DNA of 64,000 bases from an uncultured delta proteobacterium (GCA_963771175.1 CAVYSY010000032.1:512001-576000), one strand, 5' to 3'; numbered from the stretch's first letter, positions 32,697 through 48,713 are shown. Notes: generated by a model from the letters alone, not told the origin. A program made the numbers and translations.

Positions 32697-33413
32697 CTAG
32701 TTGAGGTACTTGTCCGACGGCCGCTCCTCGGAGATGACGCGCAGGTGGCGCGAGCGACCGCGCAACTGCCGCTGCAGCCGCGCGTGCTGGAAGCGCAGCC
32801 ACAGCTTCCGGGGGCTGCCGCCTCGCATGTAGATGAAGGCGATGCCCAGCGCGAAGAACTCGGGCACCTGGGTGCTCCAATGGCTCGTGAGCGCGTTGAG
32901 CACCACGAAGCCGGCGCCGATGCCCGCCAGCACGTTCCCGGTGACGGGGATGCCCCAGAAGTTCGCCTGCCCGCGCCCGATGGACAGGCCGTAGGCTACC
33001 CAGGCGATGGTGCCCATCACGAACCCACCGGGATAGCCGGCGGGCAGCGGCACCACCAGGGACAGGAGCGCGGTGAGGAACCCGGCGAGCACCGTGCCGC
33101 CCCAGAGCACCCACAGCAGGCGGCGCGAGCCCCAGCTCATCTCCAGGCCCCCGCCGATGGAGTAGAGGATCATCGCGCCGAAGATGATGCCCAGCGGGCT
33201 GCGCTCGATGAAGGCGTAGGTGAAGGGCTGCCACAGCCACAGCCGGGAGAAGACACCGCCTGGCGACAGCAGCAGCAGGTCCCCGAAACCGCGCGCCAAC
33301 AGGGATACCACCGAGCCCACCACCAGCCCGATCGCCAGCCTGGCCGCCATGGATTCCACGCCGGCGAAGCCGAATCCTCCGCCGCCGCCGCCAAAGCTCC
33401 GCATCGGTCTCAT
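32697..33413 (-). CDS. Rhomboid-like membrane protein
   Basis: WLWQPFTYAF, about 6 TM helices and a basic C-tail. No clear GxS catalytic motif. Confidence 0.65.
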   Translation of the reverse strand: MRPMRSFGGGGGGFGFAGVESMAARLAIGLVVGSVVSLLARGFGDLLLLSPGGVFSRLWLWQPFTYAFIERSPLGIIFGAMILYSIGGGLEMSWGSRRLLWVLWGGTVLAGFLTALLSLVVPLPAGYPGGFVMGTIAWVAYGLSIGRGQANFWGIPVTGNVLAGIGAGFVVLNALTSHWSTQVPEFFALGIAFIYMRGGSPRKLWLRFQHARLQRQLRGRSRHLRVISEERPSDKYLN

Positions 33414-33579
33414 CAAATCGTCCTCCACTCGGGACACCCGAGAGTCGACCAAAGGTGGGGGAACCCGGCCCGCTTCGCAACCGATTCGTCCACTTCCGGG
33501 TGCCCCAAACGGAGAAGGGCGCCCATCCCCGTCATCGGGGAGAGCGCCCAGCGAGCGACGTCACGGTGAGACGTCCAGC

Positions 33580-33777
33580 TCAGGACTTGTGACGGTAGAA
33601 CAGGGTGATGGTCAGGCAGTGGAACTCCTTGTCGGAGGACTGCGTGACAATCTTGTCCACCACGTCGACGTTCTGGTTCTCCTTGAGCCACTTGGTGATG
33701 TTCTCACCCATGTTCTCGCGGTCACGCGCGAGCGTGGTGGAGAACACCTTGACTCCCGTGAAGCTGATGACGGCCAT
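33580..33777 (-). CDS. Small conserved-looking protein (65 aa)
   Basis: Strong GC3 bias, GAGG RBS and a beta-alpha-beta-beta pattern. Confidence 0.75.
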   Translation of the reverse strand: MAVISFTGVKVFSTTLARDRENMGENITKWLKENQNVDVVDKIVTQSSDKEFHCLTITLFYRHKS

Positions 33778-33949
33778 TCCGACCTCGTGTAGACCAGAGA
33801 TTCCGCACGTTTACCGCGAGTCTTGACCGTCATCAAGGAAACGGCCCCAAATTCCGGCCCTTCCCGTGCTCCGCGGGCGAGCTCCCACCCTACCCCGCAG
33901 GGCGGGCGGGCAGCCGGAGACGTAGCCCCGGCCGCCCCCCGGATGGACC

Positions 33950-34171
33950 TCAGCGAGCGATCGCGGCGCGGCGGGCCTGACAGGTGACCTCGTCCTTGCA
34001 CGAGGGCCCGATGCCTTCCGGGTGGGGCCCCAGCGGCGTCTTGTCACTCTCCTCCACGCTGCACAGCACACACTTGCGCTTGCGGTTGCGGCGCTCGGCG
34101 CGCCGCTGCTCGGCGATCGCCTTGGCCCGCTCCCGGGCCGCCTTCGCATCCAGCTCGTTGCTCATCGTCAT
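33950..34171 (-). CDS. Small basic protein with 4-Cys zinc-finger-like motif
   Basis: CVLC..C..C after an Arg-rich helix, co-oriented after the thiolase. Confidence 0.7.
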   Translation of the reverse strand: MTMSNELDAKAARERAKAIAEQRRAERRNRKRKCVLCSVEESDKTPLGPHPEGIGPSCKDEVTCQARRAAIAR

Positions 34172-34201
34172 CTTCCGTTGGATTCGTCCAAACCGTCAGG
34201 G

Positions 34202-35398
34202 TCAGAGCGCCTCGATCAGCAGCGCGATGCCCTGGCCACCGCCGATGCAGGCCGAGCCGATGCCGTAGCGGGCGCTCCGACGCTTGAGCTCGTAGGCGAG
34301 CGTCATGGTGATGCGCGCGCCCGAGGCCCCCAGCGGGTGGCCCACCGCGAGGGCGCCGCCATTCACGTTCGTCCGGTCGCGCGGCAGCCCCAGCTCCTTC
34401 TCCACCGCGAGGTACTGCGGGGCGAAGGCCTCGTTCACCTCGAAGAGGTCCACGTCCCCCAGCTTGCACTGGGCGCGCTCGAGCAGCTGGCGGATGGCCG
34501 GCGCCGGGCCGATGCCCATCACCTTCGGATCGCACCCGGAGATGCCCCAGTTGACCAGCCGGGCGATGGGCGTGAGGCCGTGCTTCTGCGCATAGCTGCG
34601 CGTGACCATCACCATGGAGCCCGCGCCGTCGCAGATGCCGCTGGCCGCGCCCGCGTGCACCACGCCGTCCTTCTTGAAGACCTTGGGCAGCTTCTTCAGG
34701 CCCTCCACCGTGGTGTCCGGCCGGTTGTGCTCGTCCCGGGCGAACTGCGTCTCGCCCTTCTTCGTCTTCAGGGTGACGGGGGACAGCTCCTGCTCGAAGC
34801 GGCCCGCCTCCTGGGCGGCGGCGAAGCGCTTCTGGGAGAGCACGGCGTACTCGTCCACCGCGTCCTGCGAGAGGGAGTAGTCCACCGCGAGCTGCTCGGC
34901 GGTGAGCGCCATGGGGTTACCGGTGTAGCTGTCGGTGAGGGCGCTCCAGAGCATGTCCTCCATGCCGCCCTTGCCCAGCGGAATGCCGAAGCGGGCGCCG
35001 CGGATGACGTGGGGCGCCTGGCTCATGGACTCGGTGCCGCCGGCCAGCACGCAGTCGGCCTGCTCGGTGAGCATCATCTCCGCGGCGTTGACGAAGGCCT
35101 GGAAGCCCGAGCCGCACAGCCGGTTGACGCCCAGCGCCGGCACCGGAATGGGCACGCCGGAGCGCAGGCCCACGTGCCGCGGCAGGTAGATGGCGTCCGC
35201 GCTCGTCTGCACCACGTTGCCGTAGATGACGTGCTGGATGGACTCGGGGGACACCTTCGCCTGGGCGAGTGCCGCACGCGCCGACTCCACCGCCAGGTCC
35301 GTGGCGCTCAGGTCCTTCAGCGCGCCGCCGTACGTCCCGAACGGGGTACGCTTGCCGGACACAAAGTAGATTTCCTCGGTCTTGGACACGCTCTTCAT
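34202..35398 (-). CDS. Acetyl-CoA C-acyltransferase (thiolase)
   Basis: NRLCGSG, NEAFA, GHPLGASG and CIGGGQG motifs. Confidence 0.93.
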   Translation of the reverse strand: MKSVSKTEEIYFVSGKRTPFGTYGGALKDLSATDLAVESARAALAQAKVSPESIQHVIYGNVVQTSADAIYLPRHVGLRSGVPIPVPALGVNRLCGSGFQAFVNAAEMMLTEQADCVLAGGTESMSQAPHVIRGARFGIPLGKGGMEDMLWSALTDSYTGNPMALTAEQLAVDYSLSQDAVDEYAVLSQKRFAAAQEAGRFEQELSPVTLKTKKGETQFARDEHNRPDTTVEGLKKLPKVFKKDGVVHAGAASGICDGAGSMVMVTRSYAQKHGLTPIARLVNWGISGCDPKVMGIGPAPAIRQLLERAQCKLGDVDLFEVNEAFAPQYLAVEKELGLPRDRTNVNGGALAVGHPLGASGARITMTLAYELKRRSARYGIGSACIGGGQGIALLIEAL

Positions 35399-35475
35399 CG
35401 TGGGGGGCTCCAGACAGGCTGAAAAGATTCGTTCTTCCTACTCTTGGCAGGCGCGCGGTGCACGCTCAAGGTGCA

Positions 35476-36126
35476 TCACGTCGAGTGCCCGCCTCTCAGG
35501 AAGAGGCTGGCGACGATGGCAAGGGCGACGACCGTCCACAACAATCCTTGGAGGTTCTGTCGTCGAATCTCCCTTTGGCCGGGTCCCCGGTACCATGCCT
35601 GCCCGGCTCGCAGCCGGGCGTCCGAGGAGAAATCCTCCGTGGGAACAAGCCCTTGGAGTCGCTCCTGGTGGGCCCGCAGCAGGCGCTCGGGAGAGGCCTC
35701 CGCGAGGCCTCCAGAGCGATAACGACCGGGGACCTCGAATCCCGGCCGCGGGTAGCCGAAGGTGAGCACGCACCCTTCCGGGGCGAGCGGGGTGAGCAGG
35801 TAGAGGCGGGGCTTGCCGTCCGACGTGAAATGAAGGGTGGCGAAGGCGCGCTCGGAGGGGTGTGAAAAATCGTAGGCACGGGTGCCACGCCGGAAGCGGG
35901 GCTTCTCCTCATGGACGCCGAGCGGGACAAAGCCGAGCGCCCGGAGCTGGCCGGCCAGTGGAGCGAGCTCGAGTGGCAGGTCCATCCGGTCCGCGGGAGC
36001 CACGGGCCGGACGCGGACGCTGTCGGGGAAGAGGAAGAGGACAGCGCGCCAGAAATTGAGGAACAGCAGCATCCCGGCCATCCCCAGTATGGCGAGCGCG
36101 ATGAGGAGCTGGACGATGGCGTTCAT
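35476..36126 (-). CDS. Hypothetical membrane protein
   Basis: N- and C-terminal TM helices, start MNAIVQLL. Confidence 0.65.
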   Translation of the reverse strand: MNAIVQLLIALAILGMAGMLLFLNFWRAVLFLFPDSVRVRPVAPADRMDLPLELAPLAGQLRALGFVPLGVHEEKPRFRRGTRAYDFSHPSERAFATLHFTSDGKPRLYLLTPLAPEGCVLTFGYPRPGFEVPGRYRSGGLAEASPERLLRAHQERLQGLVPTEDFSSDARLRAGQAWYRGPGQREIRRQNLQGLLWTVVALAIVASLFLRGGHST

Positions 36127-36280
36127 GGCGGGGCTCCCAGGGACAAGGGGCGCGCACCCTACCTCGCGTGCAACCCGGGAGGAACCCGGCCGCACGCCTG
36201 CTGAGCGAACCTGCGGGAATACCCTATCGGCCGGCATGCACATCGTCATTCCCAGCGGGGCACCCCTGCACCGCGGGAGG

Positions 36281-36970
36281 ATGGCGATGCGCGCGAGGCG
36301 ACTCTCGAGACTGGCCGGTGTGCTGACCCTGTTGGCGCTGGCGGCCTGCGGCTCATCGAAGCAGCAGGAGGACATGTCCCCGGACTACCGCGCGCTCAAG
36401 GACGCCACGGTGACGCTCTTCCCCGGGCACTGCGCGGGCGTGGTCGTCGCCGACGGGCGCCACGCACTCACCGCCGCGCACTGCATCGACATCGCCCCCG
36501 GAGAGCGCCAACCGGTGGTGCTGCGCACCGGGCAGATGTTGAGCGGCGTCGTGAAGCTCGTGGACACCGCGCGGGACGTCGCCGTCATCCGCTTCGACGA
36601 GGCGGCTCCGGTACACCCACTGACCGTGGCCACCACCCTGCCGATCCCCGGCTCGGGGCTCCTCTTCGCCGGCCGCAACGACCGTCCGAACGAGCCGCAG
36701 GAGGTGGAATTGGAGCGGCTCGGGCGCTGCCCCTCCCTACCGGGCGTGCCCCAGGCGCTCTTCACCAGCCTGCACGGCGAGAAGGGTGACTCCGGCGCGC
36801 CGGTGGTGGACCACAAGCTCCAGGTGGTGGGGCTGGTGCATGGCGGCGCGGCGTGCAGCGTCGCGGCCCCCACGGCGGGGATCGCGCCCGTACTGGACAC
36901 GCTCGTCGCGGAGGTGGCCCGGCCCGGTGCCGAGCAGGGCGTCGGCGGCAGCGGAGCCGCTGGCAAGTAA
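36281..36970 (+). CDS. Trypsin-like (S1) serine protease lipoprotein
   Basis: Lipobox LAAC, and TAAHC, DVAVI and GDSGAP motifs. Confidence 0.88.
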   Translation: MAMRARRLSRLAGVLTLLALAACGSSKQQEDMSPDYRALKDATVTLFPGHCAGVVVADGRHALTAAHCIDIAPGERQPVVLRTGQMLSGVVKLVDTARDVAVIRFDEAAPVHPLTVATTLPIPGSGLLFAGRNDRPNEPQEVELERLGRCPSLPGVPQALFTSLHGEKGDSGAPVVDHKLQVVGLVHGGAACSVAAPTAGIAPVLDTLVAEVARPGAEQGVGGSGAAGK

Positions 36971-37069
36971 TCCGCTGAAGGAAAAGACGGGCGACCCCCC
37001 TTCCCTATCCAGGCAAAGCGCGCGAAACTGAACAGGTCCGCGGTCAGGTGTACGGACCTGCGGACCTTC

Positions 37070-37471
37070 GTGGAAGTGGAGAGCCCCGTGAAGCCCAGAG
37101 TCCTGATCGTGGATGACTCGTGGTCCATGCGCCAGACGCTGCGGCTGCTACTCTCCCCGGACTTCGAGTGCACCCTCGCGGAGAATGGGCTGTCCGCGCT
37201 CGAGCAGGCCCGTCAGCAGCCGCCCGACATCATCGTGTCGGACGTGAACATGGACGGCATGGACGGGTACGAGCTGTGCCGCCAGGTCCGTGCCGAGCCC
37301 CCGCTCCAGAAGGTGCCCTTCCTCTTCATCAGCGGCCACGCCCCCCGCCCGGGAATCCCCGAGGCCGGCGACGCCTATCTCATCAAGCCGGTGCAGCCCA
37401 CCGTCCTCATCGCGCGGCTGCACGAGATGCTCCAGCCGCGGACGCTCGCCGCGGCCCAGGTCCAGGGCTAG
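37070..37471 (+). CDS. Single-domain response regulator
   Basis: VLIVDDS, SDVNMDGMDG and YLIKPV motifs. Confidence 0.88.
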   Translation: MEVESPVKPRVLIVDDSWSMRQTLRLLLSPDFECTLAENGLSALEQARQQPPDIIVSDVNMDGMDGYELCRQVRAEPPLQKVPFLFISGHAPRPGIPEAGDAYLIKPVQPTVLIARLHEMLQPRTLAAAQVQG

Positions 37472-37492
37472 CGCCCGCCGAGAGCTCTCACC

Positions 37493-38426
37493 TCAGGGGT
37501 TCCACCACACGGCGCCCTTGCCCTCCATGGCTCGCACCGCGCGCTGACGCACGTCGGCGAGCTGCTCGGACGTGAGCGGCCGGAAGGATGCGGCGGCGGC
37601 GAGCGCGGCGTCCTGCTCGTTGGGGAAGCTCATCCCCAGCAGCGCCACGTCCGGGTCCAGGTGAGCGTGTAGTGCACGCACTCCTCCACCCCGAGGTGCG
37701 GCAGCGTGGGCTCGCTCGTCTCGGCCCCGCCGGAGCTGACCTTGCCGCGCGGGCGCGTCTGGAGCGGCCGGCCGTAGCCCTCGGTGTCGCCGAGCAGCTT
37801 GCCGGCGCCGAAGGTCTTGAAGCACACCGTGCCCACGCCCTTCGCCGCGCCAGGGGCAGGATCTCCTCGACGTAGCGCGGGTGCACGAACGGCCCCACGG
37901 GGAACATCACCACGTCGCAGCGGCCGGACTCGAGCGCGGCGCGCAGCACGTCCGGGTGGTGGCTGGAGATGCCGCGGAAGCGCGCCTTGCCCTGGCGCAC
38001 ACACCGCTCCAGCTGCTCCATACCGCCGCCCGGCGCGGCGAGCCGCTCCCAGGCGTCCAGCTTCGAGAGGCCGTGGAAGACGAAGAGGTCCACCGCCTCC
38101 AGCCCCAGCCGGCGGAGGCTCTCCTCCACCTGGGGCGCCACCGGCTGGTCGAGGAGGTCGATCTTGTCGATGACGAACATCCCCTCGCGCCGGCCGTGCC
38201 GCAGGGCCTCGCCGACGATCTCCTCGCTGTAGCCCTCCTCGTAGCTGGGGGCGGTGTCGATGAGGTTGAGCCCCGCGTCCATGGCGCGGTGCAGCGTGGC
38301 CACGCACCGCTCCAGGGGCACCGAGCGGTCGGCCAGGTCGCCGATGCCCAGCACGGTGGCGGTGAAGCCCGTCCGGCCGAGCTGCCGGCGGGGCTGGAAG
38401 CGGGGAAACGGTCGTTCATCGGACAT
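37493..38426 (-). CDS. Aldo/keto reductase (frameshifts near 37845 and 37660)
   Basis: RRQLGRTG, IDTAPSY, SEEIVG and GKARFRGISSH motifs. Confidence 0.85.
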
Positions 38427-38559
38427 GGGAGCCTCAGTCTGAATGATGGGAAGGATATGCACCGGTGTGGGTCTTACATACCCCCAAGGTTCAACCTTCA
38501 AGACGAAGGGCTATGCTCCGCCGCCCTTCTTCCCCACTTTTCTTCCCGAGGTGCTCCGC

Positions 38560-40197
<1,638 letters not shown>

Positions 40198-40303
40198 GGC
40201 TCGGGAGGATGTGCGCGGGGGAGGCGGACCGGCAGCGAGGTCCCCTCCCCCCCGCCCGCCGAAGCCTCCTCGACTGGGAGCGGGAGGCGCTATGCTCCGC
40301 GCC

Positions 40304-42566
<2,263 letters not shown>

Positions 42567-42731
42567 TGCAACAGTGTGACACCTGGATTCCTCGCGCAGT
42601 CCATCGTCTCCACGTGAAGGCGCATTCGAGGATCAGCGCACTCCACCACCGGCGGCATATTCCTATTGGACCCGACCGGGCGAGCAGGCTCGCCACGCGA
42701 CCACCTCGACAGGACTCCTCCGCCATAACGG

Positions 42732-42781
42732 ACATCCTGTTTGACGGATGTATTGACAAGATGGCGGACGAGGTCCATCTT
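42732..42781 (+). promoter_or_regulatory. Sigma70 promoter with adjacent 20-bp palindromic operator
   Basis: TTGACA (42753-58), N17, CATCTT (42776-81). ACATCC-N8-GGATGT at 42732-42751. Confidence 0.6.
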
Positions 42782-42791
42782 GCTGCTCGCA

Positions 42792-44274
<1,483 letters not shown>

Positions 44275-44372
44275 GCCCTGCCCGAGTCCCCTCCCCTGTC
44301 CCTCCGCACGAGGGACGGGGGCGGGTTCACGTGCGCCCCACTCCCCTCTCCCTCCTGAACAGGAATCCGTTC

Positions 44373-46787
44373 ATGTCCCCATCGCCCTGTGTCTTCGATC
44401 TCCCGCTTCCCGACCTGCCGCTCGAAGCAGGCGCTCGGGTCATGTCCCACGTGACTCGTGGCTGGTGGTGGGGACCGGAGCAGGACCTGCCGTGGCTCCG
44501 ATCCCGCGCCCACGTGCTCCCGGAGGAGATGGTGCGCGAGAACGCCCTGCGGGTCGTCCGCCGCACGAAGGAGGAGCTCCGCCGCCTCACCGAGACTCCA
44601 CGCCGGGAGGGCCCCACTCGCCCCGACGCGTCGGTGCCCACGGTGCTGCTGGTCCACGCGCTCACGGGCGACATGCGCGCGGGTGGCGCGGGCGGCTGGT
44701 GGGAGCCGGTCATCGGCCCTGGCCGGGCGCTGGACCCGGAGCGGGTGCGCCTTCTGTGCTTCAACAACCTGGGCTCCTGTTACGGAAGCTCGGGCCCCGC
44801 GGACGAGGGCTTCCCGCGACGCGTGGACGACAGCCGCTTCGGACCGCCCGCGCCCCTGCCCAAGGGAGACCTGAGACTCAATGAGCACCACCTGCCCGCC
44901 ACCCTCACGCCGTGGGACCAGGCGCGCGGCATCCTCCAGGCGCTGGACGCACTGGGCATCGAGCGGGTGGCCCTCGTCACGGGCGGCTCGCTGGGAGGAA
45001 TGATCGTCCTGTGCCTCGCGGCGCTGGCACCGGAGCGCTTCGAGCGGATCGCCCCCATCGCAGCCTCCGAGGCGGCGAGCCCGTGGGTCGTCGGATGGAA
45101 CCACGTGGCACGGCAGGCGCTGCTGCTGGACCCGGAGTTCCCGGAGGCGCCCGCGCGCGGCCTGGAGTTGGCGCGACAGCTCGCGATGCTCACCTACCGA
45201 GCCGAGCCCGGCCTGGAGTCGCGCCAGGGCCGGCACCGGCCTCGACCGGGGGACACCGCCGCGCCCGGCTGGTCGTCTCGCGCGCTCTACCCCATCCAGA
45301 GCTACCTGGAGCACCAGGGCGCGAAGCTGCGGGCGCGCTTCGATGCACAGTCGTACCTCGCGCTGCTGGGAGCCATGGACCACCATGACCTCTCGCGCCC
45401 GCCCGACGGAGACACGGGAGAGACGTGGGGCCCCGCGCGCATCCAGGCGAGCGCCCTGTGCGTGGGCATCGACCGCGACCAGCTTTTCTACCCCGAGCAC
45501 ATGAAGCACCTTGCCGAGCGCCTGCGCGCCCTGGGTCGCCACGCGGAGTACGCGGAACTCTCCAGCGCGCACGGCCACGACGGCTTCCTCATCGAGTGGG
45601 GGCCGCTCGATGCACTGCTCCGGAGAGCGCTCGCCCTGCCCCCGGGCGGAGGCGCGAAGGAGCCTCGCCCCCGGAGCGAGAGCACACGCACGGTGGTGAA
45701 CCTGCTCCTGCTGGGACGGGGCACCGTCGGTGGCCACCTGCTGGAGCAGCTCCGCGCGCAGCAGCCCGTGCTGGCGCGGGAGCACGGCGTGGAGCTCCGG
45801 GTGGCCGGCATCATCGACACCCGGCACCTGCTCTTCGACGAGCGGGGAGTCCCGTTGAGCCAGTGGCGGGAGCGGCTCGAACTCACGCGCCGGAGCGACT
45901 CGGGGGCCACGGAGGTGCTGGATGCGCTCGAACGACTGCGCGAGTTGCCGGTGCCGGTACTCGTGGACTGCACGGCGGCCGATGGAATGGAGCTCCTCTA
46001 CGCGGAGGCCTTCCGGCGAGGCATCCACGTCGTCGGGGCCAACAAGAAACCGCTGACACTCCCGTGGGAGTCACGGGAGCAGCTCTTCGCCACGGCCCGG
46101 GCGCACCACCGGACCTGGCATTACGAGACCACGGTCGGCGCGAGCCTCCCCGTCATTCGCACGCTCGCGGACCTGGTGCGCACGGGCGACCGGGTGCGAC
46201 TCATCGAGGGCGCCCTGTCCGGCACGCTGGGTTTCCTCAGCGATCAAGTCACGCAGGGCACGCCGCTGTCCCGGGCCGTCCGGCTCGCACGCGAGCGCGG
46301 CTACACCGAGCCACACCCGCGCGATGACCTGACGGGGCTCGATGTCGCGCGCAAGGCGCTCATCCTCGCGCGGGAGCTGGGGCTCGCGGTGTCCCAGGAG
46401 GACGTCCAGGTGGAGCCCTTCGTGCCGAAGCACCTGCTCGCGGAGGAGGACGTGGAGCGCTTCCTGGGCTCACTGGAGGGATGGGACCGGACCTTCGCGT
46501 CACGGATGGAGGGCCTGCGCGCCGAGGGCCGGGTGCTGCGCTACCTCGCCCGGATCGAGCCACCCGCGAAGGAGGGCCGGCGCCCGGTGCTGAAGGTCGG
46601 CCCCGTGGCGGTGCCCCCGGAGCACCCGGCGGCGCGCCTGCGCGGCTCGGAGGCCTTCGTGGCCTTCACCACCGAGCGATACTCGGACTTCCCGCTGCTC
46701 GTGCAGGGCGCGGGAGCGGGAGGCGCCGTGACGGCGGCGGGCGTGCTCGCGGATATCCTGGAAGTAGCATCGGAAGGCTTGACCTGA
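44373..46787 (+). CDS. metX: Fusion of homoserine O-acetyltransferase (MetX) and homoserine dehydrogenase
   Basis: HALTGD, GGSLGG and HGHDGFL, followed in frame by GRGTVGG, VDCT, ANKKP, YETTVGASLP, GYTEPHPRDDL and GAGAG. Confidence 0.85.
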   Translation: MSPSPCVFDLPLPDLPLEAGARVMSHVTRGWWWGPEQDLPWLRSRAHVLPEEMVRENALRVVRRTKEELRRLTETPRREGPTRPDASVPTVLLVHALTGDMRAGGAGGWWEPVIGPGRALDPERVRLLCFNNLGSCYGSSGPADEGFPRRVDDSRFGPPAPLPKGDLRLNEHHLPATLTPWDQARGILQALDALGIERVALVTGGSLGGMIVLCLAALAPERFERIAPIAASEAASPWVVGWNHVARQALLLDPEFPEAPARGLELARQLAMLTYRAEPGLESRQGRHRPRPGDTAAPGWSSRALYPIQSYLEHQGAKLRARFDAQSYLALLGAMDHHDLSRPPDGDTGETWGPARIQASALCVGIDRDQLFYPEHMKHLAERLRALGRHAEYAELSSAHGHDGFLIEWGPLDALLRRALALPPGGGAKEPRPRSESTRTVVNLLLLGRGTVGGHLLEQLRAQQPVLAREHGVELRVAGIIDTRHLLFDERGVPLSQWRERLELTRRSDSGATEVLDALERLRELPVPVLVDCTAADGMELLYAEAFRRGIHVVGANKKPLTLPWESREQLFATARAHHRTWHYETTVGASLPVIRTLADLVRTGDRVRLIEGALSGTLGFLSDQVTQGTPLSRAVRLARERGYTEPHPRDDLTGLDVARKALILARELGLAVSQEDVQVEPFVPKHLLAEEDVERFLGSLEGWDRTFASRMEGLRAEGRVLRYLARIEPPAKEGRRPVLKVGPVAVPPEHPAARLRGSEAFVAFTTERYSDFPLLVQGAGAGGAVTAAGVLADILEVASEGLT

Positions 46788-46814
46788 AAGGTCACCCGCC
46801 GCACATTCAGGAGC

Positions 46815-47608
46815 ATGGGACGACACACGACAAAGGGTGGGGACGCCTTCCCCCGGGCGCCCACGCAGGAGGAGTGGGAGGCGATGGGACCGGAGGAGCG
46901 GGCTCGGGTGGTGGAATCCCTGCCCGGAGAGGTGACGTGGGACGAGATGGCCATGCCGGAGGGCGACAGGCACTTCCGGGCCAAGGTGCGCACGATGGAC
47001 GCGCTCAAGGGATACTTCGCCCACCAGCGGCGCAAGGTGTACCTGGGCGCGGAGCTACCGGTGTACTACCCGGGAGAGCGGCGCTTCGCGCCGGATCTGC
47101 TCGCCGTCCTGGACGTGGAGACACACGAGCGGGAGAAGTGGATCGTCAGCCACGAGGGCAAGGGGCTGGACTGGGTGATGGAGGTACACGTGGGCGGCGA
47201 CCGGAAGAAGGACGCCGAGTACAACGTGGAGCGCTATGCCCGGTTGGGCATTCCCGAGTACTTCATCTACGACCGCTCGAGGCAGAGGCTGGAGGGATAC
47301 CGGCTGCCGGAGCCCGGGGCGAGGCAGTACGAGCGGATGGAGGCGAGGCAGGGCCGGTACACCTCGGAGGTGCTGGGGCTGGAGCTGGAACTGACGGGGG
47401 ATGAGCTGAGGTTGTGGTCCGGCAACGCGCTGCTGCTGGAATCCGGGGAGCTGCTGGAGCGGCTGAAGGAGAAGTTGCAGGAAGCGCAGCAGCGAGCGGA
47501 GGAGGAGACGCGGCGGCGCGAGGAAGAGCGCGACGCCGCGAGGAAGCGGAGCGCCGTCTGGCGGAGCTGCGGGCCGAGTTGGAACGCCTTCAGCACGGCG
47601 AGGAGTGA
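46815..47608 (+). CDS. Uma2-family endonuclease with coiled-coil tail (frameshift near 47530)
   Basis: FAPDLL, WVMEV and YARLGIPEYFIYD motifs. Confidence 0.85.
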
Positions 47609-47639
47609 GGACTCCCCTTCTGGCGGCCTGGCCGCGCCC

Positions 47640-48713
47640 TCAGGCCATGCGCTCGATGCGCTGGGAGTAGACGGGGGCCTCCGGCTCCTGGGTGAAGGCC
47701 CGGAGCTTCCGGTAGTCCTCGTACTCGGCCTGGAGGGTCAGCACGTCCCCCGCCTCGATACGTGTCTCGCCGGTGGGGTGCAGCATCTCGGAGCCGTCAT
47801 CCTTGTGGCGCATCGAGAGCGCCAGCCCTCCGAAGCGATCCCGCACGTCCGAGATGGTCATCCCCGGCAGCCCGTCGCGCGCCTCGAAGACGGACACCAC
47901 CATCAGGTGCGTGCCGATGCGGAACGAGTGGATGATGCGCGGGTCCAGCGCCGCCAGCGCCATGGCCGGCGCCGCCAGCGACGAGCTGCTCAGCGCCTCG
48001 GCCTTGAAGGTGTCGCGCACCTTCGCCACCAGGTCGTCGTCGAAGAGCCGGATGACCACGCGGATGTCCGGGTTCATCCGCCGCGCGTCCAGCGCGATGT
48101 TCAGGTTGGCCAGGTCGTCGTCCGTGGCGCAGACGATGGCCGCCGCCTTGTGCACGTTGGTGCGCGGCAGGCACTGCGGGCTGCGGATGTCGTCGATGAG
48201 CAGCGGCACCTGCTCGTCGCGCAGCACCGCGACGAACGTCGCATCCTCGCGCTTCTCGACCACCACCACGTCCTTGCCCAGCGCGCGCAGCTGCGACACC
48301 ACCCGGTACCCCACGCGCCCCGCCCCGCACACCACCACGTGCCCCTTGAACGTCTCGGCGATCACCTCGAACCACTCCTTGTCCTGCCGGTGCCTGGCGA
48401 AGAAGAGGTACGCGAAGCGCACCACGCCGTCGACCAGCACCGCGATTCCCACCGGCGGGATGATCATGTCCAACAGCATCAGCAGGCTGTCATCCACGTC
48501 CAGCGACGGCTGCCCGTAGAGCAGGAAGTAGACGTGACGCAGCGCCTTGCCCAGGCTCACCGGGTGCCCATCCGGCGTCACATGGCGCCAGCGGTACACC
48601 AGCGGCATGAAGCCGAAGAGCAGCACCGCCATGAGGACCGTCGTGCGGAAGCGGCGCAGCAGCGCAACGAGGTAGCGCGCGTTCATCGCCAGGCGGCGGC
48701 GGGGAGTCACCAT
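47640..48713 (-). CDS. Potassium channel family protein (TM, TrkA-N, TrkA-C)
   Basis: Two TMs, GHVVVCGAGRVG, TDDDLANL and an RCK-C domain. Confidence 0.85.
   Translation of the reverse strand: MVTPRRRLAMNARYLVALLRRFRTTVLMAVLLFGFMPLVYRWRHVTPDGHPVSLGKALRHVYFLLYGQPSLDVDDSLLMLLDMIIPPVGIAVLVDGVVRFAYLFFARHRQDKEWFEVIAETFKGHVVVCGAGRVGYRVVSQLRALGKDVVVVEKREDATFVAVLRDEQVPLLIDDIRSPQCLPRTNVHKAAAIVCATDDDLANLNIALDARRMNPDIRVVIRLFDDDLVAKVRDTFKAEALSSSSLAAPAMALAALDPRIIHSFRIGTHLMVVSVFEARDGLPGMTISDVRDRFGGLALSMRHKDDGSEMLHPTGETRIEAGDVLTLQAEYEDYRKLRAFTQEPEAPVYSQRIERMA

Noticed and set aside
46815..47608. Uma2 nuclease as part of a defence system
   Set aside because: It is solitary, and this family is commonly expanded in myxobacteria. 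No partner genes are adjacent.
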